Assembly (NCBI GenBank): GCA_035084275.1 | Contig: CM068770.1 | Coordinates: forward strand, 1,798,001-1,862,000 | DNA from: Hydrolagus colliei | Taxonomy: Eukaryota | Length of the DNA: 64,000 bases | Direction: 5' to 3' | Shown here: positions 49,505 through 62,135 of the stretch, one piece after another | Layout of the letters: each line of letters begins with the position of its first letter | How positions within the stretch are numbered: the stretch's first letter is position 1 | Notes under the pieces: model-generated | Database searches by the model: none | Told to the model about the DNA's origin: nothing | The model's input: only the letters and a program-made list of their open reading frames with translations | Made by a program: the position numbers and the translations under genes

Positions 49505-49835
49505 ATAATAATAATAATAATCCTTGCATTTGATCTAGCCTCTGATCACATCTGTGAAGCATCTCAAAGCGCTTCACAGGATATACTGTAAAGTGAGTCG
49601 GCTGTGTGTTTTGTGGTTGAATCGAGGCAGCCGATATCGCGCAGCAGTGACCCGCAAACAGTCGTGGATTACAATGAGCAAACTGTTATCGTTTTTCCAA
49701 CAACCGTTCTTCTACTTACTGATGGGTAACCGGAGACGTGCAGTCTGGGGAAACCTGCCTCGCGTTACTGCCCTGCCTGGAATCGAACCCGGGGCCACTG
49801 GCTTGCCAAGCGAGTGCTCCATTAGTGACTGGTCT
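49505..49835 (-). mobile_element. tRNA-derived SINE, diverged
   Basis: Homology from tail to head. Confidence 0.8.
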
Positions 49836-50364
49836 CATTAGCAGGGAAAGCACACTCTCTCTGGACCCATTGTGATTGAAAAGGAGATTGCAGGCAACGG
49901 CCAAATGAACGCTGTGATAGGAGGAGATGTTCTCTGAGGCGATAGCAAACTGAGAGAGAAAAATACATTCCGAGTTGCGACCTGACCCTTCATTTGAACC
50001 CAAAAGCTCGCTTTGTCGTATTATCAATCCAGCATTAGCAGGAGATATTTTTATCCCCTTTTCCCTCTCTCTCTCTCTCTCTCTCTCTGTCTTTGCCTCT
50101 CTCTCTCTCTCTCTTTCTCTCTCAATCATGATGGCTTCAGCCTGCTGACGCGGGTCGATACTATGTTAATTCAGAACGTGTACGGAGTTGATTTAAGGAA
50201 ACTGCAATGAACCCCTCACCTTCCCTCATACCTCCCATCCACCTTCCCCCTTCCTCTCTCTGTGCAAAGTTGCCCGAATCCTGGCATGAAAGACTTACCT
50301 GCTTGTGAAGTATGTGTATGAGGACGGTCATTAATACTGCAATCATTGCTTTCATGCTAATTAT

Positions 50365-50545
50365 AAATTTGCCACTTCAATCCACGACTGTTTGTGGGGG
50401 ACGCATGCTGTGCGCAATTGGCTGCTGCGTTTCGCCCGCATATATACATACATACAGTCAATTCACTTTACAGTACGTTCTGTGAAGAAACGCTTTGAGA
50501 CGTCTAGATGTGAAAATCGCTGTGTCAAATCCAAGATTGTTATTA
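50365..50545 (+). mobile_element. SINE 3' half
   Basis: Body and tail match. Confidence 0.87.
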
Positions 50546-51286
50546 TGATTAGTGCCACTAAACTGGTGAAAGAATTGGGCGACGACCATGACCCTATTCC
50601 AAGTCAAGTCAGGATGTTTTTTGGGGAGGGTTCGAGGGTGGGCAGCACGGAGCAGAAGTGGAGAGGTATCAACCACATAGAAAAGTGGAACCCAAAGAGA
50701 GAATATATATCAGGCCCACTGTTTCCAGGGAAAGAGCTAGCATCACGGGAAAGATTTATGTGTGTTACTGGACAAATTAGTCGCTGTCACAAACACAGTG
50801 CAATAAATCTGAGATCCGGGCCATCAAAGTAACTGTGGCGCGATGTTTAATTAATGAGACAGCATGAAATCCGATCCATCCAGAAACATCAACTGAAACG
50901 CCACAGTGCTTCTATCACCCCATCGTATAACAAGGTTTTCCCCCACTCCCCCCTTCCCCCACCACCCCCACACTATTCAGAAATAAACAATTCTGCCCCA
51001 TTACCGCAATTAAGTAGAAAGCAATTTTTTTGAGGGAAATTTCACATGAAACAGCGAAATAACTGTTTTTCTCCTCGTCCGCTTCAACACACATGTGAGT
51101 GCGTATTCAAAGCATCTGTCTGCTGAGTTTTACTTGCAAACGTAGTGTTGGCTGCGTTTCCCAGGCGACAATGTATCAGGTTAAACAACCTTTAGGATTC
51201 GGGAACCGTGTGGTTTTGGTTTGCGTGTCATGTGCAGTGTACTCAATTATCTCATCAGGATTTCTTTCCCCCCTTTTATATATATC

Positions 51287-51287
<1 letters not shown>

Positions 51288-51316
<29 letters not shown>
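51288..51316. repeat. (AT)n microsatellite, one of many (GA)n/(GT)n/(AT)n runs, e.g. 6333-6372, 7905-7965, 15974-16009, 26545-26571, 50065-50122
   Basis: Read directly from the sequence. Confidence 0.95.
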
Positions 51317-51320
<4 letters not shown>

Positions 51321-51884
51321 AAATAACCACATGAATGAAATAATGATGAACAGTTCTTTGCATTTGCATCTGTTCTTTGTCACAGGAGAACGCCCCAAAG
51401 GATTTACTGCCAGTGCCAATGACAGCGTGTGTACCGTTAGGTAAACATGGGAGCCAATTTGTACACAGCGACATCCCACAAACAGAATTCTTCTTTGAAG
51501 TGCCAGCCGCGTGTCTGACACATGAGGAAAACCGAATCACCGCGCCTGAGATCGACCAAACCCAACCAAGAATTCAGTGCCTCACACCTACGCAGGAAAT
51601 TCCAGAGATAGATTGATGGAATGCGATGCCCCAATCTCTCTCCGGAGAGACACGTCTCGCTTACCTAATTCCCGGAAAGGGGGGGGGGGGGGGGGGGGGT
51701 AAATGCTGGAGTCTAACCAGCTACAACGACGCATGGAGTAAAGGGAGTTGCTCTCTCTGCGTTCTGGTCAACAATCCTCCCGGAAGAAATGAGTAAATCA
51801 CCCAAGGTTTCTTGCGCTGCTTTGCTTATGCGGAAATTGACTGCCACGTTCACCCCCAAAATGCACAGTCACCCCACTTCACAG

Positions 51885-52200
51885 CTCCGGCAGCTCAGCA
51901 GTTAGAGCGCTCGCCTTACAAGTGAGAGACCTGCGTTCGATTCCAGGACAGGTCAGGGTGAAACTTTGGGCACGTTTCCTTCCTCCACACGCCCGGCATT
52001 AAGCCGTTGAAAAGAAACAATAATAACTTGGTCATTTCAATCCACGACTGTTTGTGGGACACTTCTGTGCGCAATTGGCTGCCGCATTTCATCCACAAAG
52101 TACACAGTCAATTCACTTCACAGTGTATTGTGTGAAGCGCTTTGAGATGTTTCGAAGATGTGAAAAGCCCTCTATCAAACACTGTACGAGGATTATTAGT
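51885..52200 (+). mobile_element. tRNA-derived SINE, short variant, full length
   Basis: Head-to-tail match. Confidence 0.92.
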
Positions 52201-54094
52201 ATATCCTGTGGAGTGCTTTGAGGTATTTTCCTGATGTGAAAGGCATTGTATTCAACGCAGGCAATTTAATTTTATTTATTTGCTGATGGATTTATTGATC
52301 AAATCTTGCAATTCAATTCACAGTGCAGTTAGTCTGTGAAGCGCTTTGAAACATCTCGAAAATGTGATAAGACGCAACATCTAAGATGCAACTATCATTA
52401 AATCAAAGCCAAACACCCACCAAATAATGCACAATAATGCTTCAAAATAATGAAGCTCAGTCAAACGGAAGGATTGAAAAGAAATGCTTGCCTAGCCCTG
52501 TAATAGCTGACACAATCCAAAAATATACATAAATATCAATGGGAATTGTGCTTGCGCGCGTGTGTGAAATTCAACAAGCTGCACGATGGCATCCACTGCA
52601 CTCATCATGTGTCAGTCAATCCTTGCAGGTTTATCAATCATTCCTTGTGATGTCTTACAAACTGCTCGGGAGAGAATTCGGGAGAGGGGCTGACAAGTTT
52701 GTTTCGAAAACAGCGATTCATTTTTAAAGCAATCGTCGGCAACACCCGAGTGTCAAGATTGTCAGCGCGTATTTGTTCATTTGTCTCCAGAGAAATGGAA
52801 GGGGAATGGGCAGGGTCAGGTTGGGGGGGGGTGGTGGTGGTGGTGGGGGGAGGTTGGGTGGTTGGGTGGGTAGGTGCGTGGGGGGAAGCTGACAAATGGG
52901 GGTTTGGAACACATTGATTGCCTGCCGTTGGCCTCAATCCAAATCCAAAGTCACGGGAGTGTTTTCTCGCGTGTCACTTCCGTCGCGCCCTCCACCCCCT
53001 TGCAGTGCCTCAGAGCGCTTCGTTCAACGACAAAAGAAACATTTGGCGAACGATGTCTCGATGCGATGCCTCAGCGGATCAGAGTTTATCCCCTCCCAAA
53101 AAAGACTCCCTTCACATGGAAGCCCGAATGGGGGAGTATCCGTTTTATGAATCAGATTTGGGGTCGGCAGCCTTCGCAGATAAAGTTCTTCACTCACCCC
53201 GCGACTATGTGTGGAAACTCACAAGTGCGCAAACTGCCCGATCACTGCCCTTTACAATAAAACAATAATGTCACAATAATAACCCTTGCGTTTGATATAG
53301 CGCTTTTCACATCTTATCGACGTCTCAAAGCGCAGTACAGCGTATCCTTTGAAGCGCTTGGCTTTGAGGCATCTCGATGAATGATGATAAAGCCACATCC
53401 CGACCGCATCTCTTTTCAAGACCTGCCGAGAACCAGCTCGTCGAGGGCCACACACCGCGCAAAACGCCGGGCGTGACGCGTTGAAGGATGCAACCGTCAT
53501 TTTCAGTTCCGTTTAACGTTCGGTTGGGTTGCCTGGGCTCCCAGCGCGCCGAGCTAGCTGCCCCCATCGTCTAATTGCCCGTGTTAATATTTAATATTCC
53601 GCTAATGAAGAATGTAATTACAAGGCAAAGGAACGAGAGAGAAAACATTTGAAGTGTAAATAAGGTACTCCATAGGCCACCTGTTAATTGGGCGCCATGG
53701 GCGACAAAGTGAGTTTAAAGTTGGGCTTTCCTCAGCAGCGAGATAAACAGCATGTGCAGAAAACACTCATGGTGCGGGGGGAGGGGAAGGGTGGGGTGGG
53801 GTGGGGAAGGAAAAAACCATCAGACAGATTGAAAACCCCAATCAGTTCACTCGAAAGGCAGAACGCTCGTGCTCGTTGGCCCGAAACCCTGTTTGCTCTC
53901 AGCGTTAAGCGGCCAACTATGAAACTGTTTAATGACACACTCGAGTCACAGCCAGCCTTCACGCGAGAGGTCACATTGGTACCACAAAAATAACTAACAG
54001 AGAATCGTTCATGCAACTCGGACACGTTTACTACAATGTGTTGGGTCACCGTAACTCCTCTCTCAACATCAAGGCGCGTGCAGTCTTATAGCAC

Positions 54095-54425
54095 CAGTAG
54101 CTAAAGCGCTTGCCTCGGGTTCCTTACTCAACACGCCTCTGTTTACCTCGCAGTCAGTAGGAAACTGGAGGTTAGTCGATCGGTGGATTTGTTTTTCCGG
54201 TGGGTAATAATTCCTTCAAACAAACAAACAAACATAAAATAAGAATAATAAATTGGTCAGTTCAATCCACGACTGTTTGTGGGACACTGCTGCGTAGAAT
54301 TGGGTGCCGCGTTTCTCCCACTAAATATAGAGCCAATTCACTTGACAGTATATTCTGTGAAGCGCTTTCGAATATCTTGAAGGATAAGGATCAGGATCTA
54401 TAATCAACACAAGGATTATTGTTAT
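54095..54425 (+). mobile_element. SINE long variant with a partly deleted head
   Basis: GCCTCTGTTTACCTCGCAGTCAGTAGGAAACTGG mid segment, body and tail. Confidence 0.85.
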
Positions 54426-54569
54426 TATCTCTTCATGTGCCTGTGCTTGTGGCTTAGTCATGTGAAGGACAGTCTAGTTTCTTCACTGAACTGAAACGTG
54501 GCATTTCCCCCACTGCGAGGACGCATTGGAAGACCCGCTCATTCAGAGCTGGGCAGAACAGCTCAAAGA

Positions 54570-54890
54570 GATATCACACCATCGGAAGAAGAAGGCTCTT
54601 CAACCCTACATTTTTCCCATCAACGGCATCAAGCTGTGTGTTTTAAAATGACTCCAATTGTCCTGACCTCAACCCACCTTTCGTGGAAACCTGTTCCAGT
54701 CATTAATCACCCTCTGAGAAAAGAATTCCTGTCTGCCCTTTGCAAATCTAAACTTGTGTCCTCGTATTCTGCTGCATTACTGCATCCTAAAAGTATCGAT
54801 CTGAGTTGACTTTTTCAATCCCATTTAAAAGGTTGTACATCTTGATTCGAGTGCTCTCCGAGTCGTCTTCTCTCAAGGCCAAGAGGGAAA
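54570..54890 (-). mobile_element. CR1 LINE 3' fragment
   Basis: Minus strand reads TTTTCTCAGAGGGTGATTAATGACTGGAACAGG (FSQRVINDWNR) with upstream RIKMYNLLNGIEKV. Confidence 0.78.
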
Positions 54891-56239
54891 AAAAAACCCT
54901 GACCTTGCCTGACAATAATAATAATAAGAATTCACTGTGAGATGAATCGACTGTACATTGTGTGGATGAAACGCGGCATGTAATTGCCCACAAACATGGT
55001 GGATTGAAATGAACAATTTAATTATTTTTTTGTGGGGGAGCGGGGGGAGGGATTATTATTTGGCGCGTGTTCCTGGCGCGAGGAAACTTGCCCAAGGTTT
55101 CGCCCTAATCTGCCTGGATTCGAAACATAATCTGCAATCTCGACCGGGTCAAAAAGATACATGAAAGTAATAAAAGCATCTGCCGTAGACACAAATCCGA
55201 CGGTCTGATCCTCGCTCGAAAGCTCCCCCAACGTGGCAGATGCATCGGAAAGATGGCTTCCACCGTTTGCGCGAGTGGATTTTGTTTCTCTTTCGGTGAT
55301 CTTTGCGCCGTTCGGGGAGTTCGGGGAAACAGCAGGCGAGGAGGGAGATTATGTTCAACCACGCAGGAGCCGAGATACAGGCGCATGTAACATCCACTTT
55401 AAACTGCAATTTCTCCCAATCATTGTTGTTTCCGTTTGACCCTGACCGGCTCAAAACTACATCTGTGGACATTCGAGGGGCAAAATTAAGAGGTTTAAAT
55501 GGAATTCACACTGCGCGCTTTCATGGTTTAATGATCTCCCGCTGAAGAAAAATATGTGCAAGGCATAGCTAATAACATGGGTCTGCAGATTCTAGCAAAC
55601 ACCTACCACCAATTTGACGAAGGAATAAATCATGCAGAGGGAATATATGCCAGCGATTTCAACAACAAAATTAGAATATTAATTGCTGAGGCTTAAGAAA
55701 ATGAGGCTGGGTTAGAGGTGGGGTGGGTGGGGAACCTTCCTGTTTCGAGGGGCGACCGTTTCTCGAGCCAACGCATAGGCAGGCCCGGGTCTCATCGAAA
55801 GACAGTGGGTTCAAGGGAAGTGTAACCATGAATATGTCAGACACACTCGGTCGGTGAAGCGAAACTGAGCAAATCTCAGCACAGAAATAGAATTGAAAAG
55901 GCATAAACGAAAGCCAAATTGACAATATTTATAAGATGAATCGAAAATCAGCGAGACATGTAATGCCAGGCAGAGTTTTTGTAAACAAAAATTTGAATGC
56001 GAGCCACAACACACTGGGAGCAGGGATGCTCAGTGAATAATTCACCAGTTTAGGCGCGCTCATTTTTTTCATCTCTTTCCGACACTTCCTGTATTGCATT
56101 GTTTTGTCAAGGCCAGGGCTGTGGGTAGCGTTATCGCCTGCGAGTCGAAAGGTTGCGGGTTCGCGCCCCAACCGAAGACGGACGATGAGCGGTGCTGGGT
56201 GCGGGGTTGCTGGCGTTTGGGTTGCGCTTGCATGATCTG

Positions 56240-56560
56240 GAGCTCCGGGAGCTCGGTGGTTAGAGCACTCGCCTTTCAAGTGTTGAGACCTGTGTTCGAA
56301 TCCAGGGCGCAACCTTGGGCAAGTTTCCTTGCTCCACACTCCTAATAATAATCCATCCCCCCAAAAAAACACAATAATAAAAATTGTTCGTTTTCAATCC
56401 ACAACTGTTCGTGGGGACGCTGCCGTGCCCAATTGGCTGCCGCGTTTCGCCCACAAATATACAGTCAATTCACTTTACAGTATGTTCTGTGAAGCGATTC
56501 GAGACGTCGATAAGATGTGAAAAGCCACTATATCAAATGCAAGGATTATTATTATTATTA
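56240..56560 (+). mobile_element. tRNA-derived SINE, short variant, full length
   Basis: Head through (TTA)n tail. Confidence 0.94.
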
Positions 56561-56670
56561 TCTGAGCTGCCGTCCTTCAGATGAGACTTTGAAACTGAGG
56601 TCCCGTCTGCTTGTTCATGGGGATATTAAAGATCCCAAGGTACTAGTTGAGAAAGAGGGCATCAAGGGAG
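56561..56670 (+). mobile_element. Deu-domain SINE fragment
   Basis: CTGCCGTCCTTCAGATGAGAC...GAGGTCCCGTCTGC...TTAAAGATCCC. Confidence 0.8.
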
Positions 56671-56869
56671 TCTCCAAACAAGATTTACAGGCATAAAATC
56701 CTTTGCAAATTCAGATAGGATGCCCCCAGCCTGAGGGATGGTGATCTAAGTGATGCAATCCTACAATGTGATATGTTTCACGAGCCTCCGTGTCTCATTT
56801 GTTCAGCCAATTGACAGAGGGACAAATCAAAGTTTCAAAGGAGAATAATAATAATAGTAATAATAATCA

Positions 56870-57160
56870 TCTTAATAATAATCCTTGCATTTGATACGGT
56901 GCTTGTCGTGTCTTCCAGACGTCTCAAAGTGCTTCACAGAATATACTGTAAAGTGAATTGACTGTAATAGTTGTGGGCGAAACGCGGCAGCCAATTGTTC
57001 ACAGCAGAGTCCCACAAACAGTCGTGGATTGAAATGACTCATTTATTGTTTGTTTTTTCGGAGCGAGCGTGGAGTAAGGAAACTTGCCCGAGGTTTCGCC
57101 CCACCTGCAATCGAACCCAGAGTTCTCTCGCTTGCAAAGAGAGCGCTCTAACCATTGATT
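56870..57160 (-). mobile_element. tRNA-derived SINE, short variant
   Basis: Tail-to-head match. Confidence 0.9.
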
Positions 57161-57169
57161 CCGCAATGG

Positions 57170-57280
57170 GGTAACAGTGGTTGGAGTGGGACTATTTAAT
57201 AACTCTTTCAGAGAGCCGGCACGGGCATGATGGGCCGAATGACCTCCTTCTGTGTGTGCGGTAAGATTTCATGATTTGAT
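57170..57280 (+). mobile_element. CR1 extreme 3' tail
   Basis: GAGCCGGCACGGGCATGATGGGCCGAATGACCTCC. Confidence 0.85.
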
Positions 57281-57844
57281 TTCAGCCAGCTGGCAGCTAG
57301 CGTCAAGGCGAAACCAGCCCCTGGCCAGGATTGCTGGACGAAGGGGAAAGAAAACAATCCAGAGAAAGGACTTGTTTATTTTCTCCGCAGGCATTCATTG
57401 TCAATAATGACTTCAGCCAACGTTTCACTGGAGTAATTGGATTCTTTCCACTGAACAAGCGACGTTTCATTTTCCTCTTGGAAAATAGCCTGTTGACGCG
57501 TCGGCCGCGGTTTCCGAACTGCTCTGCAAATTGCAGAAAGGAAGGGAGGAAGAGGCAGAAGAGAAAATTGCACGAAAAGACTCTCGCTCAGGGTAGTAAC
57601 CCTCGCGTTCGGCTCCGCACTGGGACTTCCAACTCAAGGCTAGGCAAACTCTCCAAGTGCATTGCTGGAGGGAGCTGTAGCAACGTCAGGACATAAGAAA
57701 TGTGCGAGGCGAAAGAAAGCCAAAGTCCACCTCCAAACAACCTGGCAGTCGCTTGACATGTCTTGTCCCCAAACATTCTACAGTCTATTGTTTGCCGCTG
57801 GCGATGCATCATCCTTCGAATGAGAAGTTCAGAATAATATAATA

Positions 57845-58166
57845 CTAATAATAATCCTTGCATTTGATATAGCGCTTTTCACGCCTTCTAGGCGTCTCAA
57901 AGCGCTTCACAGAATGTACCGTAAAGTGAATTGACTGTATATTTGTGGGCGAAACGTGGCAGCCAATTGCGTGCGCACAGCAGCGTCCCCCACAAACAGT
58001 CATGGATCGAAACGACCAATTTTATGATTGTTTTTTTTTGCAGAGATTATTATTCGTCTTGTGGAGTAAGGAAACTTGCCCAAGGTTTCACCCTGACCTG
58101 CCTGGATTCGAACACAGGTCTGACGCTTGTAAGGCAAGGGCTCTAACCACTGAGCTACATGACTCC
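57845..58166 (-). mobile_element. tRNA-derived SINE, short variant, full length
   Basis: Head-to-tail match. Confidence 0.94.
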
Positions 58167-59524
58167 ACAACTGTACATGCCTATACAACCATTACAATCC
58201 AGTTTCTATTCTAAACCTCACAGTTTGATGCAACCAGGGCTCATTTTCATTCCATGCCTCAACTTTGGCAACAACCTCCCTCTCAAAAAAAACTTCATTC
58301 TCTTTGATATTCTCTTTGAAGTCTCGAAATTCGCACTATTTTCCTTTGCTCAAGCCTGAAATTGAAATGGACACAAGTTCCAGACTTCATCGAGCCCGGA
58401 CAGCGCTGAGAGAAATCAGCTCCAGAATACCACACATGGATTGCAGTCCATCGGAGTGGAGTCGAGGCAGATTGTTTCACAATAATCCTTGAATTTGATA
58501 CCGCACCTTATCACATCTGGAGGATTTCACAAAGGGCTTCACTGAGGCTTTACCATGGCTTTATAATGTAATAATTATAATAATCCTTATGTTTGATGTC
58601 ACGCCATTGAGATGTCTCGCAGCCCGGCACAGAGTATTTTCAATATCAAATATATCATTTAAATAGTAAGGTACAGTGAGTGTATTTGTCGGCAAATGAG
58701 GCAACCAACAGGTGAGGATTGCGGTTCCCTGATTGTCCAGCGACTTGGGACGTCCTCCTGACGTGAAAGGCTCCATCCAAATGTAATTTGTTGTTCTTAT
58801 CGTGCGCGCCAATTTCCAACAAACGCCCTTTAAGCGAGTGACCAAATTTATCTGGCGCCACAGGATCTTTAATGTCTACCTGAACAACAACAACGACATC
58901 AACTTTGATTTACACAGCGCCCTCCACGCTGTCGGGGTCTCGGTTGGCGTGGTTTACCGCCTCGTCCAAAGGATGGCATCTTCAGCAACATAGTCATTTC
59001 CCACTCCACCTCCGACCAAACCAACCTGATTTGCAACGTCCGCGGCAACACGACTAAAAAAACATCATTTCCAGATAGAAAATGATAATATATGAATATA
59101 ATAGCATTAGTCATCCTTGCATTTGATACAGCGCCTCATCGTGTGGCTGAGGCCTCTCGAAGCGTCTCGCCGAAGTACACCGTGTGTATGTCGTGTATCG
59201 ACTGTGTATTTTGTGTGGGGGCGAAACGCGACCGCCAATTGCGCACGGCAAAAACAAAAACATAGCGGTCACATGGACTTTAGCGCAGTTATCAGCCAGC
59301 GGGATTCAGTTCAATCGGCTTGGTGCAATCGTTCAATGGTAAATTACTTACACTTTCAAAGAATAAATAGTGTTCGTCTCCCACTGATTTATTTATGCCC
59401 CATCAATGAATGATCCACGGCAGCGTTAAACAATGCATAGTAGAGTAAACAGTGCGGAGAGCTTCAGCACTGAGGAAGTTTTTTGCACTTCTTGCTTTCC
59501 AACACTCTGATATCCGCACATTAT

Positions 59525-59847
59525 CATAATAATAATCATCCTTGAATTTGATATAGCGCTTTTCACGTCGTCTAAACGTCTCATTCACAGAATATACTGT
59601 AAAGTGAATTGACTGTGTATTTGTGGGCGAAACACGGCAGCCAATTGCGCACAGCAGCGTCCCCCACAAACAGTCATAGATTGAAATGAACAATTTTTTT
59701 GGAGGGGAGAGGGATTATTATTAGGCATGTGTGTGTGTGTGTGTGTGTGTGGAGTAAGGAAACTTGGCCAAGCTTTCGCCCTGATCTACCTGGATTCGAA
59801 CACAGGTCTCATGCTTGTAAGACGAGCGCTCTAACCACTGAGCTACG
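59525..59847 (-). mobile_element. tRNA-derived SINE, short variant, full length
   Basis: Head-to-tail match with a long internal (TG)n run. Confidence 0.94.
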
Positions 59848-59939
59848 AGTAGCTATGAATCATTAATGAATAACAAGAACATGCGGCACGAAGGTAGAGT
59901 AAATATATTATATATATATACATATACAAAAGAATTCTT

Positions 59940-60150
59940 AAATAAAAGCAGAAGTCGCGAGGAACACTCAGCAGGTCAGGCAGCATCTATGGAGAGATAA
60001 CATTTCAGGTCGATCACCTTTCTATTCGCCTCACAGGAGGCTGAAGCACTAACTAAATCTCCTCTCTCCACAGATACCGCCTGACCTGCCGAGCGTTCCG
60101 AGCGACTTCTGTTTTTATTTCAGATTTCCAACTTCTGCAGTATTTTGCTT
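59940..60150. mobile_element. Inverted-repeat element, probably a Penelope-like pseudo-LTR remnant of cartilaginous fishes
   Basis: 58-bp inverted arms at 59940-59997 and 60063-60120 with 8 mismatches; the motif CTCAGCAGGTCAGGCAGCATCT is recalled from shark repeats. Confidence 0.65.
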
Positions 60151-61009
60151 TTCGACAAAATAATTCTTGCAGCTTTGAAGAGAGAGAGATGGTGGGGTGG
60201 GTGGGGGATGGGTGGGGGGGGGGGAACATAGGAAACTTTCGATTCAAATTTCACCACAGTGCAAGTTTCTATTTTTAACCAATCGATTCCTACTGGGATA
60301 ACCATAACGCAGGTACTGTACAGAATCTATTATACCGCCAGTGCTCACTGTGTTATGCCAACGGATCTGAGTGTGAAGAACTGTGGTCCCAGCCTGTTAT
60401 GATTAGGTTTCTAAAAAAAAACACACACACACATTTTCCAGTTCTGGAGCCAGCATTAAAATAAGATCATAAGTTTGCCCTTTGGCCTATTTTGGCAATA
60501 TCTGTCAGCTCAGAGTATTGAAAGGCGGGTAATTGGGCTTGAGGTACACATCAGTCAGGCTCGAGGGGCTGAATGGCCTACTCCTCTTCCTATATTTCTA
60601 CGATAATAATCGTTGGATTGAATGTAGCGCCCTATCAAGTCTTCGAGACGTCTCAAAGCGCTTCACAGAATCTACTGTAAAGCGAATGCACTGTATATTT
60701 GTGGGCGAAACGATGACCTAATTCCTGCAGATCACCCTTTTCCACTTAATAATAATTATCATACCATCACAATTTCTACGATTATATTATATTTAATTCA
60801 CTTTACGTTATATTGTCTGAGGCGCTTGGAGACGTCTTGGAGACATGATAAGGTGCATGATATCAAATCAAAGATTATCAAAGATTATTAAGTACGTTCG
60901 ATTCCATCCAATTATTGAATGGTCTCGGTCTCTAGCGCTATGCGTTGCTGCTACAGCCGTGATTTCCGGAAAGGTCACGGTGAGCGAGAAACATTGTGCG
61001 CAAAGCGAA

Positions 61010-61150
61010 CAACAACCACTTGCGTTTATATCGCGCCCTCCACGCAGAGCGCTTCACAGGGTGAGAGCCGGGGGGAGAGGGACGGCGATCGTAGGGGCGG
61101 TCGCGCGGAAAGGAGGGTGGCGAGGCCAAGGGATTGAGGGGCTGCAGACT
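61010..61150 (-). mobile_element. L2 3' tail (second type)
   Basis: TTTATATCGCGCCCTCCACGCAGAGCGCTTCACA, as at 42340. Confidence 0.75.
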
Positions 61151-61802
61151 GTTCTACGTTGACGTTTGCCACCCACGCAGACAGCTCCCACCTGCAGTTG
61201 GAATTCCTGCTCCGCTGTGTGCAATGTCGTGGCAAATCCAAAGTGACAGCTATTGAGACGCTCGAGGAGAGGCTGGTTGGACAGCGGGGCCACTGACTGT
61301 GCTGAAGTCTCGAGCTGGGAGAGGCTGAGGTGGGCGGGGGGGACGTTTTGCCTGGACCTATTGGCAATGGTTTTTTTGCGAGCAGCTTGGTTTCGGTCTC
61401 GACAGTGCCTGGTTTCGTCGGTGTGACTTTGCTGCTTGCAATTTCTACCAACTATGTTCTGATCTCCCGCCCGCCCACCCTCCCGACCCTCCCCCCCCCC
61501 CACCCACCCCAAGCATTACTAGCGGAATTTATTCTGCTAAATTCAGCCGTTTGAGTCAATTCTCTTGAAGAGTGGCTGCTGACACATAAGAGTGACGTGA
61601 GTGGGAAGAAGGGTGAAATCCTTCCCACGTCACAGTTACTCGTGAAGATGGGAATTTTTTTCTTCCCGGGTTATTAAAATGTCTTCGCTCCGTAACAAAA
61701 ACCTGGAAATGAAACGATAAGGATCCGACGTGAAATCGGGCGACTCTGAGACAGCACCCTGAGCTGTAAACTTTGTTGTTTGTTGTGTGTTGCGATGCAG
61801 AG

Positions 61803-62135
61803 GCCCGTGGCTCAGTGGTTAGAGCGCTCGCCTTACAAGGGTGAGACCTGTGTTTCGAATCCAGGCAGGTCAGGGCGAAACCATGGGCGAGTTTCCTTAC
61901 TCCACACACACATACACACCTAATAATAATCCGTTCAAACAAAAACCTACAATAAATTAGTCATTTCAATCCACGACTGTTTGTGGGGGAGGCTGCTGTG
62001 CGCAATTGGCTGCCACGTTTAGCCCACACACATACAGTCAATTCACTTTACGGTATATTCTGTGGAAGCGCTTTGAGACACAGTCTGGAAGACGTGAAAA
62101 GCGCGACATCAAATGCAAGGATTATTATTATTATT
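61803..62135 (+). mobile_element. tRNA-derived SINE, short variant, full length
   Basis: Head through (TTA)n tail. Confidence 0.94.

Noticed and set aside
50299-50336. Strong minus-strand donor CAG|GTAAGT
   Set aside because: No convincing polypyrimidine acceptor; such donors also occur by chance on the plus strand
57391-57600. Plus-strand acceptor followed by an open frame (AFIVNNDFSQRF...)
   Set aside because: Weak donor, unrecognised peptide and no partner exons
58385-58410. REST/RE1 right-half match CGGACAGCGC
   Set aside because: The left half TTCAGCACC is absent
61192-61450. Open frames with a minus-strand donor CAG|GTGGGA
   Set aside because: No acceptor or ATG support and peptides not recognised
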